DNA of 64,000 bases from a virus (Duplodnaviria; Heunggongvirae; Uroviricota; Caudoviricetes): the IMG/VR virus record IMGVR_UViG_3300037400_006466, positions 108,098 to 172,097 of that record. One strand, 5' to 3'. Position numbers and translations under genes: made by a program. The notes below the pieces were generated by a model. The model made no database searches. It was given only the letters and a program-made list of their open reading frames with translations, and had not been told where the DNA came from. Positions 1-12,300 of this stretch are shown piece after piece (position 1 is the first letter of the stretch; the number at the start of each line of letters is the position of its first letter).

Positions 1-2
1 TA

Positions 3-1778
3 GACAGACTAAAGTCTTTCTTTGATGACGGAGATTCTCAGGAGAACGGAGAGAATCCATCTCAGAAGAAGACCACAGGAGAAGGGGGAAGTATACCAAA
101 GAAGCCTAAGCCTGATGATTTCAACAGGATGATAGGAAATCTTGGTCTTACTGTTCCCACAGGATTTGTTTTGCTCCATAATGATCTCCTGGATATAACT
201 GATATCCTCAATAAGAAAGGGTCATCTGGAGGTGGTGGCGGTGGGGCTGTCAGTACAGCATCCAATGTAATTACAGCAATTTCCACAACAGCCTCCGCAG
301 TTACTGATATAATCAGCGCCATCAAGTCTCCCGCAGGATTAGGGGATATTCTTGATAATGAAGAGATAAATGACCTTCTTGCCCATGACCCTGATGTTTA
401 TACAATAAGACTGGCAGGAACTAAGGGGTATCTCAAGGCCTATTATCAGGATATGATAAATACCCTGGGATTTGAATGGGATATGTCCACTGGTGAACTT
501 ACTGAAAGCACAGGTAAGGGAAGTGGAGTTCATGACTTCGCCAGTGGTTTGGCCTCATTTGCAGGTTCCTTGGTTCAGAGTGTAGGCTCTGCAATCATGA
601 ATCTCATGGAGGAGAGTAAGCTCAACTCCATACCTGAAATACTTCAGATACGTAAGGAAGGTTATGTTGCATATCTTAAGGCATATTACTCCAGTATGCT
701 TACTGAATTCAATCTCACTTATGATTGGGATTCCCATACAGCTGTAGAGAAGCAGACAGGTTGGAGTCTTTTCGGTCAGATAGGAAGAGGTCTTGGAGAT
801 TTCTACGGTGGAATAGTAGGTGGTACTGCCAGCGCTATTGGAAATGCCATAAATAACGGAGTTCTGGATACTGACCCAGAGGTCCATGCCATACGTAAAG
901 AGGGATATATAGCTTATCTGAAGGCATATTACTCCAATATGCTCACAGAGTTCAACCTGACCTATAACTGGGACACCCATCAGTCAGTCTCCAAAGAAAG
1001 CAATTGGAGTCTCTTCGGTAAGATAGGAAAAGGAATAGGAGATCTTTTCGGAGGTATAGTAGGCGGAACAGCCAATGCCCTTGGAACAGCGATTAATAAC
1101 GCAGTATTGGATACTGACCCAGATGTCCATGATCTCAGAAAAGAGGGGTATATGGCTTATCTCAAGGGATACTGGATATCTACTCTGGAGACTCTGGGGT
1201 TCTCACTTCAGGAAGACGGAACTCTGGTATCTTTGGTCGATGGAAGGGAACAGAGGAAGGGCCTTTTCCAGAATGTCAAGGAGCTGTTCACAGGAGATGC
1301 CACCACACAGATAAACAATAAGATAAAGAGTTCCCTTATCAATAATCTTGATACTATATTCAAGGATATGACCGTACAGACTTCATGGGAGTTTGTAGGT
1401 AAATACATGGGAGGATTCCTGTCTTCCTATTTTGAAGGCCTCCAAGATGATATTGAGAGCAATGCCAGTTCTTGGGATATGGATAAGAGCACCAAGAAAG
1501 CTTTCGGAAAAGCCATATTGGGGGCAATCTCTGATAATTTCAATGCTGATAGTCTGAAAACCTCAGTTGAGGTTAATTCCATAGATTATACTTCAACTCT
1601 AAAGGATATAAAGATGACTCTCAATTCAGTCAAAAGCTTCATGACAGACATATACAATAGTATAGGGTCTGATATACAGACTGATATAAAGACTATAGCT
1701 GACAATTCGGGTAAAGTTCCTCCTGTGGAAAGTGTGAGTGGCACGAACTTCGATTATGCAGGTGCTGAGCCTAGGTGA
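3..1778 (+). CDS. C-terminal part of a tape-measure-like tail protein (5' end outside window)
   Basis: Frame is open from position 3 (DRLKSFFDD...) into the 129..1778 ORF. Gly/Ala-rich helical 81-aa repeats; lies directly upstream of baseplate hub/spike genes. Confidence 0.55.
   Translation, partial: DRLKSFFDDGDSQENGENPSQKKTTGEGGSIPKKPKPDDFNRMIGNLGLTVPTGFVLLHNDLLDITDILNKKGSSGGGGGGAVSTASNVITAISTTASAVTDIISAIKSPAGLGDILDNEEINDLLAHDPDVYTIRLAGTKGYLKAYYQDMINTLGFEWDMSTGELTESTGKGSGVHDFASGLASFAGSLVQSVGSAIMNLMEESKLNSIPEILQIRKEGYVAYLKAYYSSMLTEFNLTYDWDSHTAVEKQTGWSLFGQIGRGLGDFYGGIVGGTASAIGNAINNGVLDTDPEVHAIRKEGYIAYLKAYYSNMLTEFNLTYNWDTHQSVSKESNWSLFGKIGKGIGDLFGGIVGGTANALGTAINNAVLDTDPDVHDLRKEGYMAYLKGYWISTLETLGFSLQEDGTLVSLVDGREQRKGLFQNVKELFTGDATTQINNKIKSSLINNLDTIFKDMTVQTSWEFVGKYMGGFLSSYFEGLQDDIESNASSWDMDKSTKKAFGKAILGAISDNFNADSLKTSVEVNSIDYTSTLKDIKMTLNSVKSFMTDIYNSIGSDIQTDIKTIADNSGKVPPVESVSGTNFDYAGAEPR
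380..1200 (+). repeat. About 3 copies of a 243-bp (81-aa) coding repeat
   Basis: GGATACTGACCCAGA at 866 and 1109 (243 bp apart); the motif D(P)xVxxIRKEGYxAYLKAYY recurs four times. Confidence 0.85.
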
Positions 1779-1788
1779 GGTGTGAGAT

Positions 1789-2886
1789 ATGAGCAATGAT
1801 TTCGGTTTTCCAGAGATAAACACCAACAGAACCATAACAATGGTTACCTCAGGAGACGATAGAAGGGACTGGAGAGGAAGTCTGTCAAGATTGCTGGGAA
1901 TACAATCCAACAGGAAGTTCGGGAATCCTGGAGCCTCCATATTCGATAACAGTGAGACTTGGGATGTAGATGACAGGGTTCATCTTCTCATAACTGAGAA
2001 CAAAGGACTCAAGTCAGAAAGCTCTCCTGATAAGCCTTTGAAAAGCCTAGCCAACATAGACAGTGGCAAGGGAATGATAGGAAAGATAGGAAAGATAGCC
2101 ATAGGAGCTATTTCCGCTCTTTCCGCTTTCGGAGATACAGAATCTGATACAACTTCAGGTTCATTCTACCCTTGGATATCCAATATCAGCGCATGGAGCG
2201 GTGGGCAATCCATAAAATTGAATCTTAAGTTTGAGTTCTCTATGGGGCAATATGGATTATGGAATGCCAAGGAGGAAGTTGTCAAGCCTATATTGAATCT
2301 TCTGGCTCCTACACTCCCCCAGTATCTAGATCCCGCCATGATATACGGGTCATATCCCAATTCATGGGGTCTGCTTGCAGGATTCATCAAAGGAGTCAGA
2401 GAAGAGTTCTCAAAATCCAAGTCATCCAGTTCTGTGACTACAGCTGATACAACCAAGAGCGCAGGGAAGAATCCCCCACAGAATTATGTGGATGCATATG
2501 AAGGGATGGAGGATATGGACAATACCTCAACATCCCAAGGGGAGTCCTCTGGATTCAGCCTTCAAAGCATGGCAAAATATCTTGAGGAGTTGGCCCTTAA
2601 GGAGTATAAGGAATATACTTACGATATAACTTTCGGAAATATGTTCACATATTATAAGATGCTTCCGATTTCTGGAGCTGCTGAACTATCCAATGAAGTG
2701 GACCAGTATGGATTTCCTATATCTGGAAATGTCAACCTGACCTATGAGGGACTCATGCCTGTATCTCTCTCAACATATACATCTGAGGAACTTGCAGTTC
2801 AATTCGGTCAAGGAGGAAAATACCCTACAAGAAGTGGATTTTTGGGAACGAATTTCAACGGAAGTCAGAACGGGTATAATACCTGA
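1789..2886 (+). CDS. Putative baseplate/tail-tube initiator-like structural protein (365 aa)
   Basis: Position between tape-measure-like and hub genes; GAGGTG SD; no diagnostic motif recognised. Confidence 0.4.
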   Translation: MSNDFGFPEINTNRTITMVTSGDDRRDWRGSLSRLLGIQSNRKFGNPGASIFDNSETWDVDDRVHLLITENKGLKSESSPDKPLKSLANIDSGKGMIGKIGKIAIGAISALSAFGDTESDTTSGSFYPWISNISAWSGGQSIKLNLKFEFSMGQYGLWNAKEEVVKPILNLLAPTLPQYLDPAMIYGSYPNSWGLLAGFIKGVREEFSKSKSSSSVTTADTTKSAGKNPPQNYVDAYEGMEDMDNTSTSQGESSGFSLQSMAKYLEELALKEYKEYTYDITFGNMFTYYKMLPISGAAELSNEVDQYGFPISGNVNLTYEGLMPVSLSTYTSEELAVQFGQGGKYPTRSGFLGTNFNGSQNGYNT

Positions 2887-2905
2887 GGTATAAGGAGTTA
2901 AGGAT

Positions 2906-3226
2906 ATGCAAAGCAGATATGACTTTATGGTTGAGAGTTCAGTGAGGGATGAGGTATCAGGAAGTCTTTATCCTGATCCTCTGTCATTGAATTATCAGAA
3001 TCTGGTGGCTCCTGCCAAGCTTCATGTGGAATCCCATCTTTCAGATGAGGATATTATGTTCCTGTGGGAAAGAGCCTCAAGATATTATGGAACACCTGAA
3101 TGGGATGATATTGTCCTTATGGTGAACAATATTCCTCATATAAATCTTTTGAGGAACGGTGATAGCCTTATATTCCCGTCAGAGGCAGATATAAAGACCG
3201 CTTTCAGCAAGGAGTCATCAGTATGA
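2906..3226 (+). CDS. Small baseplate protein, gp53/LysM/tail-X-like (106 aa)
   Basis: ASRYYGTPEWDDIVLMVNNI...LRNGDSLIFP matches the 'YYG...W..I...N.I......G..L.IP' pattern; canonical position before the hub gene. Confidence 0.6.
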   Translation: MQSRYDFMVESSVRDEVSGSLYPDPLSLNYQNLVAPAKLHVESHLSDEDIMFLWERASRYYGTPEWDDIVLMVNNIPHINLLRNGDSLIFPSEADIKTAFSKESSV

Positions 3227-4347
3227 AAGTAAGGATAGAGTTTGAGGATTCCAGGATAGGGGTTCTCTCTTATAATAATCTCTCCAGCATGACTTTCATA
3301 TGCAGTATATTCAAGGTGTTTTCCATGGCTCATCTTGTTGTCTCTGACTTCGCCAAGGCTTCATTCAACATGATAAAGAGCGGTATGCCTGTCAACATAG
3401 TCTTTGTGGATGATAACGGAAAGGAATATATCAACAGAATGAGGGTGCTTTCTTTCTCAAAGGCTCCTGATTCAAGAGCCAGCTTCAGAGACCCTGTTGA
3501 TATGACCCTCATATCATCCATGTATTTTGATACATCATCAGGAACCTTTGTTCATGAAGGAAGCATAGGAACCATATTTGATAATATAATGTCAAGGTTC
3601 TTCAAAGGGTCTGTGGAATCATATAAGGGAACAGTCACCAATGATTTACCTGCAAGAAGATATCAGACATCAGAAAGAACCCTTGATTTCATGAAAAGGA
3701 TACTCAAATACGGTATGAAGGATGATTTCCCGGTATATCTGTTCCATGATGACAGAGGTGTTCTCAGATTGAGGGGTATCAAGGAGATGTCCATGGAATC
3801 CCCTAAGTTCACTGCAGTTCCCCATATGGGAGCCATGCCTCCTGAGACCAAATCATCCAGTGTCACTGAGCCTACTGTGACTATGTGGGATTTTGTGTCG
3901 CAGTTTGACGGAAGAACCGCCTGCTCTGAAATTGAGACCAAGCTTACCTCAGCCAATTTCAGATTCCAGAAGATGGTGCAGTCAAAATACAATTTCAAGA
4001 GTGTGGAAAATACCACCAACCAGGTCCAAAGCAAGGTGCCCAAGAAAACAAGATTCATGGGGTGGAATCTCACTCCTACGGATGCATCTGCCATAGCAGC
4101 CAAGGAATCCTTTGAGGATACCTGCAAGACCTGCTCTCTCAAGGCACTTTTCAAGGGACTGGATGTTGAGAATCTTAATCTTGGGGATACAGTGAACGTC
4201 AAGCTTCCCTATGACAAGTCATCAAGGAACTCGTTGGGTCAGGCCTCGAATCTCAGTGAGGGAAGATACCTTATAACTGACTTGGAGTTCACTCTTAATG
4301 AAAGTGTTGTACAGACAATGGCCACAATGATACAGGTGGCCTGCTAA
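3223..4347 (+). CDS. Putative baseplate hub protein (T4 gp27 / P2 gpD-like, 374 aa)
   Basis: Size, position before the spike gene, 'RRYQTSERTLDFMKRI...YLFHDDRGVLRL' segment and C-terminal 'LNLGDTVNV...GRYLITDLEF' typical of hubs. Confidence 0.55.
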   Translation: MKVRIEFEDSRIGVLSYNNLSSMTFICSIFKVFSMAHLVVSDFAKASFNMIKSGMPVNIVFVDDNGKEYINRMRVLSFSKAPDSRASFRDPVDMTLISSMYFDTSSGTFVHEGSIGTIFDNIMSRFFKGSVESYKGTVTNDLPARRYQTSERTLDFMKRILKYGMKDDFPVYLFHDDRGVLRLRGIKEMSMESPKFTAVPHMGAMPPETKSSSVTEPTVTMWDFVSQFDGRTACSEIETKLTSANFRFQKMVQSKYNFKSVENTTNQVQSKVPKKTRFMGWNLTPTDASAIAAKESFEDTCKTCSLKALFKGLDVENLNLGDTVNVKLPYDKSSRNSLGQASNLSEGRYLITDLEFTLNESVVQTMATMIQVAC

Positions 4348-4371
4348 TTTTTTCACGCAAAATCAGTTAAG

Positions 4372-4379
4372 ACTAATTT
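4372..4379 (+). promoter_or_regulatory. Putative late promoter ACTAATTT, 4 nt before the spike ATG (leaderless)
   Basis: GACTAATTTTTCTATG; same spacing at 16336 and 32760. Confidence 0.6.
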
Positions 4380-4383
4380 TTCT

Positions 4384-5040
4384 ATGGGCTACGGTTTCTA
4401 TTTAGGTCAAGTTGTATCAGTATCCTCTGATAAGGATAACAGATTGGGAGTAAGGGTTCTTCCTCAGATGGAGGGTATTCCTGATTCCAAATGCCCTGCT
4501 TGGCCTTCCTTTTTCAGGGATGAGTTATATACAGGTCATAGGGGTGATTTCGTTTGGGTCATCTGTGATGACGAGTTCTCTTTGGGGTATGTGTTCGGAT
4601 TGGCCAATTATAATACATACTCTGATGTAGGTGAGTTTGAGAAGAGCTTTGATGGCATCAATCTGTCAATTCCCTCTGATTTGAGAAAGAAGATGTCTGA
4701 GTCCATGATATCCATAGAGGGAGTGACTCTCAGTCTGGATAATGTCAAGGTGACCTACTGGGATGACAATTGCATCCATTACATAGAGAGGTCCACCGGT
4801 GGACAGATAATAGCCTATAAATCAGGAAGCCTTTATGTGTTCAGACAGGATGAATGTATAATAAAGATAGGAAAGTCTATACTTAGACTGGATGCCAACA
4901 GCCTTTCAGGGGTGTCTAAGACCATAAATATGCAAGGAGATTACATAGGTCTTGGAAACAGTGAGAGCTTGGGTCATGTTCTTGTGACCAATGGCTCCAG
5001 CTCATTGGGAGCTTATCCTTCCAAGACGGTGCATGCTTAA
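4384..5040 (+). CDS. Baseplate central spike (gp5/gpV-like, N-terminal OB fold, 218 aa)
   Basis: FYLGQVVSVSSDKDNRLGVRVLP...WP..., GDFVWV, followed by beta-repeat-like C-terminus. Confidence 0.65.
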   Translation: MGYGFYLGQVVSVSSDKDNRLGVRVLPQMEGIPDSKCPAWPSFFRDELYTGHRGDFVWVICDDEFSLGYVFGLANYNTYSDVGEFEKSFDGINLSIPSDLRKKMSESMISIEGVTLSLDNVKVTYWDDNCIHYIERSTGGQIIAYKSGSLYVFRQDECIIKIGKSILRLDANSLSGVSKTINMQGDYIGLGNSESLGHVLVTNGSSSLGAYPSKTVHA

Positions 5041-5052
5041 AGGGGATGTCAT

Positions 5053-6330
5053 ATGGATGAATTAGGAAACAGGTCTTTACCTGAAGCTTATGAAGCCAAC
5101 ATATCATATGTTCAGTCTCAAGTTGAGACCCTTGGAAAGGATACCATGGAGGGTCTGGGAAAGCTGAGATCAAATGCATCCCAGTTTGTGAATGACCTTT
5201 CAGATGTGGTGATAGGTGAGGACCTCGCCAATATAACCTCCACAGCAGGTGATGTGGCTGCAAGATACCTTGAGAGCAAGATACAGTCACTCAAGGAAGC
5301 TCTGATAACAACCACTCCTGTTGAGGTGAGGGCACTTATCAAAGAGGTATCTCCATATGTTCAGTCCCCTGCTGAAGCGGGAAATGCCCTCAAGAGCAAA
5401 TTGACTGATATGGTCAGTCAGCTGGGTCCTGGAGGATCTTTCTGGAAGAATCTGGGAGAGGATTTCCTCAGCTTTGCTTCAGGTGATGCCGCAGTTCAGA
5501 GCACTCTGGCCAATCTCAATTCAGTCAAGCTGTTCGCTGACGGATTGAATCTGGTGTCTGATGCAATAGATACCGCCAAAAAGATATTCAATACAGTTGA
5601 ACCTTACATACCTCTGGTTGAGGTAGTGGCTGACCTTTTCTCAGCAGGAAGAACACAGAATGCCGCAGACGGACAGAAGGCGGGCATGGAGATTGTTGAG
5701 AATGCAGAGACTGTTGCACAGAAGCTCACCACTTTATATCTGGGATCATTCAGAAGATACATCTATTCTCTCAAGATTCCTATTCCCAATCTTCTTTTAG
5801 GTGCAATAAATACCTTGAGCGTAAGGGATGCCATAACCAAGGACTGGTCAAACGGATGGTTGGGAGCTGTCTTTGATGAGGATTTCTATGACCAGACAGT
5901 CTATTCCTATACGTGGGAGACCTCATGGAACAAGACCATAAGAGATACTCTGGGTTCAATGGAGAATGCCCTAAATAACTGGGAGAACCTCAATTTCACT
6001 GATTTCAACGGTAATCCCATAACAAGAGGTGAGTTCATGAAGTCCAAGTTCATGACAACCTTCACACAGAACTTCATGAGACAGGCGGTTGCAACTGCCC
6101 GTAAAGAAGCACGGATAAGGGCATATGGGGCGTCTGATTGGGTCAACAACTACTCTGATGATTCAAAGTACTCAGGGGATAGAGGCATAGGAGACGGGTC
6201 AAAAGAGAAAATGAATCTGCTGTCCTTCCAACAGTCCCTGTCAGCATCCAATGCATTCGGATTATCACCTTTTAATACAACAAGTTCAATAAGGTCATTA
6301 TCTGGCCAGATATTGGAGAGATACATATAA
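5053..6330 (+). CDS. Hypothetical virion protein (425 aa)
   Basis: Long ORF in the structural operon, stop overlaps next start; no family recognised. Confidence 0.6.
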   Translation: MDELGNRSLPEAYEANISYVQSQVETLGKDTMEGLGKLRSNASQFVNDLSDVVIGEDLANITSTAGDVAARYLESKIQSLKEALITTTPVEVRALIKEVSPYVQSPAEAGNALKSKLTDMVSQLGPGGSFWKNLGEDFLSFASGDAAVQSTLANLNSVKLFADGLNLVSDAIDTAKKIFNTVEPYIPLVEVVADLFSAGRTQNAADGQKAGMEIVENAETVAQKLTTLYLGSFRRYIYSLKIPIPNLLLGAINTLSVRDAITKDWSNGWLGAVFDEDFYDQTVYSYTWETSWNKTIRDTLGSMENALNNWENLNFTDFNGNPITRGEFMKSKFMTTFTQNFMRQAVATARKEARIRAYGASDWVNNYSDDSKYSGDRGIGDGSKEKMNLLSFQQSLSASNAFGLSPFNTTSSIRSLSGQILERYI

Positions 6331-9300
6331 TGCCAGCAAACATAAATGATTATTCAGAACAGGCCATACATACCTCAATAGTGGATTATCTCAAAGAGGA
6401 TGGAGCCATTTGCAGCTCATCATCCAAGATGTATGATATCAATGAGACAAACGCGGGAGGTAATGGGGCCCGTCTGGCTTTCAAGAATATAAATGACAGG
6501 ATAATAAGATATCATAGCATACTGGAGTTCCTTGAGGGTGAGAAAAGGGCTAATATTTATGAGTCCATTCCTGTGATTGATTTCGTCCATAAGGAGAATA
6601 CAGGATTCCTTGAGAGCTATTATTCTGATGAGAGCGGCCTCTACACCAAGATAATATCTGATATTCCTATGGATGCCAAGAAATCTGATTTGGACCTTAT
6701 TAAGGAAAATGACCCTTATACAGTAAACAGAGCTCTTATGGGTCTAACCATGTCTGAGCATTTTTATGGAACTTCCGGAAAGGAGATGTCTGACTATAAT
6801 CTTCAAGTCGCATATCCTGACCTCAATGACCATGGATATATCTATAAAGGTGTAAGGTCATACAAGGATCCCCCTTCATCCAAGGAATCAGGAGGATACA
6901 GCGGAAGCATATCATCCACATATTATACCTCCATAAACATATGGAAGATAACAGACAATACTGTCATCAATTTCAGAGATGCCTCATCTGCTGGAGAAAT
7001 ACCCTCAGGGTCAGTCAATGTAGACAACGATAGAAATGTAAGACTCAAGGGCAATGACTATTATTATGTCTATAACAATAATGACGATATTATAGTTCTC
7101 AATGCAAGTGAATCCATAAGACCCAATTACTTCAAGGATTCCAATGGAGCCAATAAGAATTCTTATGAGTTTGAAAACACTGATGGAATAAGAGTTGTCA
7201 GCCATGAGAAGGTAGACGGTGCATATTGTCAGATAAACATACAGAGAGATGACCTTCTGGTTCTGATTCCTACATCACAGTATTCTCTGGACAGCAATAA
7301 GTTCGTTCTATGCAAACGGGTGAAGATAGACCATAATTTTGAATGGAGATACTTTGTACTGTTTTTCTCTGATGCCATGGGAATTCCTGATGCTTTCCAT
7401 TGTAAGGAGGTGTTCTATAATGATAGGATACCTTTCGATTCTTTGGGAATAACACAGAAAAGCGAGCAGGATACTTTCATAAGGATAATAGGCAATTTCA
7501 TCCATTTTGAGGAGGAATACTATTCAGATGCATCAGGTCTCCTGAACGGATACTTCTGTGAACCTCAGGAGATTGAGAAAACAATCCAGGGGCGTAAGGT
7601 CACCAAATGGAGATATACAAGGCCTCTGGGTTCATTGGAGAATGACTCATCCATAGGAAGGCTTTATAACGGAGGTAATTTCCTTTCCAAGAACACCATA
7701 AAAGGAGAACCTCTTGCGCTTACCCCTCATGATAAGATATGGGTGGATGGAGCAGGAACTGAAGCGAATACCAAGGGTAAGGCATCCTTGTTTTACAGGA
7801 ATCTTCTTAATGGTAACTCCTATCTTACAGCATTCCAGTCAGACCCTTCATCATATTATTATGATTTTAATAACTGGAACAACAGCAACATATCTCCGTT
7901 GGCACTGACCAATGTGGTCACAATGACCAACATATCCAATAGGGATTCCAGGTATCTCAAATATAGAGATAAGTTTGACAATTGTGATTCTCTGGCTGAC
8001 ATAAAGAGATATATAGAGATGTATTCCACATCCATCAGGGTATCTGGTAGTGACAAGATATTGGAGCTTAATGAATCAGAGAGGGGTGTATCCTACTATA
8101 ACACCACCACACAGAAGACTTTCTGGAGCTGGCTTGTAGGAGACAAGAAAGTAGGAAGCGGCGGAGAGAATAACAAGGTGGAGGAGCACTTTGACCTTCT
8201 TTTCCATGTGAATTACAATTATGAAAAGAAGAAAGAGAGATTGAGGATAAAGGATATCTTCACACTTTCACCTTACGAGATATTCCTTTCTGCCAGCGGT
8301 GCTTCTGTGACCCCCACTTATACCAGAATAGTGGATTTCGAGGGATCAGGAATCCCCATAAGTTCCCTTATGAGTATGGGAGCAGAATACTACAAGAGAT
8401 TCATAAATACAGATTTAACGGGTGTCTATGGTATATATGAGGAGAAGTGGCCAGCAGCTCCCATACTGGTATATCCAGAGAAAGAGGATGCCTATCCTTT
8501 TGCCATGATTCTTCTGTCAAGACAGGATCTTAATCTCAGAAAGAAAGATGTAATCAGCTTATGGAACAACAGTGCCAAGAAGTATCTAATGCTGGAAGTG
8601 TCATCCATGGATACCATACTTCCTTCAGAGGTCAATAAGGCCCATTACATGGGAAGGGAGTCTGATTCAGGCGGCCATCTGGATAAGACCGTGAACTGGA
8701 CGTTCTCAAAGACAAGGAACTTCGATGTGGAAGTCACCTATTATGATGATGACGAGGATGAGTATGATGAGGATGATGACAGAGGAAGCAGAAGACGTCG
8801 CCATAAGACCACTGGAATAGAGTCCCGTCCTTATATAGGGTTGGACAGAAGCCATGACTGCTATATCTACTATCTCACTCCCAAGGAGCTGTCCTTGGAT
8901 GCTCTTGAGGGGAAGTTCTATGATACCCATGATAATGTCATAAACATAAGGGATAAGTTCGGTATAGAATATATGGTCCCCACTGTGAACAGCTCTGATT
9001 ATTTCCATTGTGATATGGATTTCAGAGGGATTGATGACATAGTCAGATATACCCTTACCGTGAACTCAGGGGACAGCCTCAATACTCTCAGGAACTCATC
9101 CATAATCAGAGGATTGCCTAATCTTGCTGACAGCGGAGGAAGATTCAGTATAAACACCTTGAAGAACCAGCTCAGCAGACTCCCTTGGGGAAGCTCTTTG
9201 AGAGGATTCTATTCAGAGTTCATAGATTCCTTTGATGATAAGTATCATAGAGAAAGATATGAAAGGGTGTTCAAGAACCTATATAGAAGCATACTGGGGA

Positions 9301-12300
9301 GTCTTGAGATATCAGAGAGAACTTCTGACGAGAACGGAAGACCTGTTCCTGAGAACATAATATATCTGAGGGATGTCAAAGGATTGGTGTCCAATCTCAA
9401 TAACATAATCCCTATACTCAAGGATACTCTCAGTTCTGGTTTAAGTATAACAGATGCTGATGGAAGTCAAGTTATTCTCACAAAGAACGATGTGAAGTCC
9501 CTTGAAGATAGATCCACCAAATGCTCTCCCTATACAAGATGGATATACAATATCTCCAACAGCTATAACAAGAGCAGAAGCGCTGAAAGCATCCCATGGA
9601 AGTTTACAGAGGTTCAAGGATACGATGATGTTCCTTCGCAGCATCTCCCATATTATGAGAAGGTGGGAGAGGATTCATATCGCCTTGTAGATCCTCAGCC
9701 TGAGGCAGGTGACCCCATGGGCACCTACTATGTGAGGTCTTTGGATAAGACCCTACAGGCTTTGGTCAATGATGGTCAGAACAGTGTTCTGAAGGTGAGT
9801 CTGAATGAGAGCTCTTCAACCAACAGATGGTACTCGTTCTCTGAGATAATAAGCATAATGGACAGATATGAGTCTGACGGAGATGATGGGCTCAACCTGA
9901 GCTGTGCTGAGAGCATAGACGGGATATTCGGAAATGGAACATATCCTTTCATAAGGGTGTCAAATGAAGCCCTTGATATTCCTTTGGCCAATATGGATTC
10001 ATTCCTTGATTCATATGCATCCAAGTTGAACGGAATCATAGAGGATGTCTTGTCCAAATATGTGTATATCTATAAGAAAGACGGAACAGACCTCTATGTG
10101 AATACTCTCAAGGATGAGTATAAGAAATACTTCACATCCAGTTCAGTTGAGAATGCAGTCAGTCAATCAGGAAATGTGGACATAGATAAGCTTTCCATAA
10201 GATTCGGAACAAGAAGCAATCCCAACACCAATATTCTTCCTATATATTCCAGATTGGCTAGCCTTTTGAACAGTCCCAACGGGATAAGTAATTTTATAAG
10301 TACTGGCTCAGGATTCTCCAGCATCGTAACCCAGGCAGCCTTGGCACTCAGTATAAGGAATATGGATGGTGAAGCTCTGAGAGACAAGTTCGGATTGTAT
10401 GACGGAGAGTCTGGATCAGTGACACAGGGAACCAGGGAGGCCCTCTTGAAGCAGATAAGGAATCTGATAATAGAGGACCTTAATAAGGTGCTTCAGGTCA
10501 CAAAGGACTCAATCTCCCTCAGTGGAGGAGTGTTCAACTCATCTGTATCCTCTTCTATATCCAATCTCTTCAAGAAGTTGTTTAAAGGACTCAATATCTT
10601 CAAGTCAGTGAACGAATATGTGGATATTGATGATTTCAAGAAAGAATATGTGGATACTGATAACGGAAGAAAGTTCAAGGTGTCTTTTGATTTCCCTGAG
10701 GTAAGGTACGACGGAGAGTTGGTTCCAGGTGACCAAGGGTCAGTGCTGTTCAAGACTGATTACAAGTATACCAAGCAGGACATAGCCAAAAACACCTTCA
10801 GGATTCTTGCCAAATACATAAGATACTCTCTCAGCGGTGTAAGTGCAAGGGACAGCAACAGCAGTAATACCATATATGAGGTCCAGGGTGTGAAGAACGT
10901 CATGGGGGAATCCCCTGACCTTCATCCTGAGGGTCTCTATGGAATGAGATATCAGATACTCAACGGAAGAATGAACAGAATAAACGGTCCCCTTTATATG
11001 GCTGCGCAGAGACTCATAGATGGAGGATTCTTCTCAGACTGTAAGAGGATATCTGACCAGACCATAGACAGCTATGCCATGTTCGCCAATGTTCTTCCTG
11101 TGGCCAATATGGATGCAATGACTTATATCCCTACACAGAAGGCCTCTTTGACCACTGTGGATATGAAGGGAAAGTTCTATTCTGACAAAGAGATGGAAAG
11201 TCTGAGGAATGCCATTAACTCCCAATGCGTCCTTACCTGCACCAAGTGCGCGGTCAAGGAATCATGTCCTTTCTATGACCAGAATGAGGTCATAAAGATG
11301 GCCTGCACACCTATGGAGACCATAGATATTTATCTGAAGGATAATGAGCTTGAGTTGATTGATGAGGATTCAATAGAGGTGGTGGAACTCCCTGTAGGGG
11401 GAAGATTTGATGTCAATGACCTCAAGCTCACCCATATGGAGTATTCTGAGATATTGGCCAAGAAAACGGATGAGATGACACAAAGATATGACACCCTCAA
11501 CCTCAGTGACCTCAATAATGAGCTGATAAGGGCTACTGGTCTGAGTTACAGTGATTATGTGGCGGATGACATGAGATGGCTTCTTGGTGGAAGATACGGA
11601 ACTGTGGAGTATAACGGAGCATTGAGGGACCTCATAGGTGATAACTTCGTTGATATGAAGGATAAGATATCTCCTTACAAATATTGTTATGATGCCTTGT
11701 TCATGAAGATAAAGGGGATAGACAACACAGGAAAGCCTATGAGTCAGAAAGTCCCTTACATGACTGAGGACTCATACATAGGATACAGACTTTCAGCCAA
11801 TTCCTATCCTGTCACATATGAGGTGGGCCCTGTCAATCAGAAGAAGAGATATAAGGTCAAGGTAAGGCTCAAGATGCCCGCATATGTGAAGATGCTTCAT
11901 GATGCAGGTGAGAATGATGATGTTTACCTTGTCTCCGATGATGTCAAGGACCCGAACGGAAAGGCCATAGACCCTGTTATCTATCTGGGTAAGGCAAGGA
12001 ACATACAGTATGCCTTTGATATCATAGAGGATGACCCAGGAACAGAGAACTCTGAGAGAGAGGGTCTTGACCTTGATGATACCAATATCTATGCATCTGA
12101 TGTCGCCCAATGGTGCATCAATTATATGAAAGGTCATTGCACTGATGACCCTGTGGGAAAGACAGATGTGTTCTCCAATAGAGACCAATATTGGATGAAC
12201 AAGGTCTACAAGAGATTGAACATAGACGGTAAGGAAGTGTGGAAGGAGTATCCTGGAAGACCCAGACAAGCCACAGGATTCCAGGAGATTCTCATAGATC

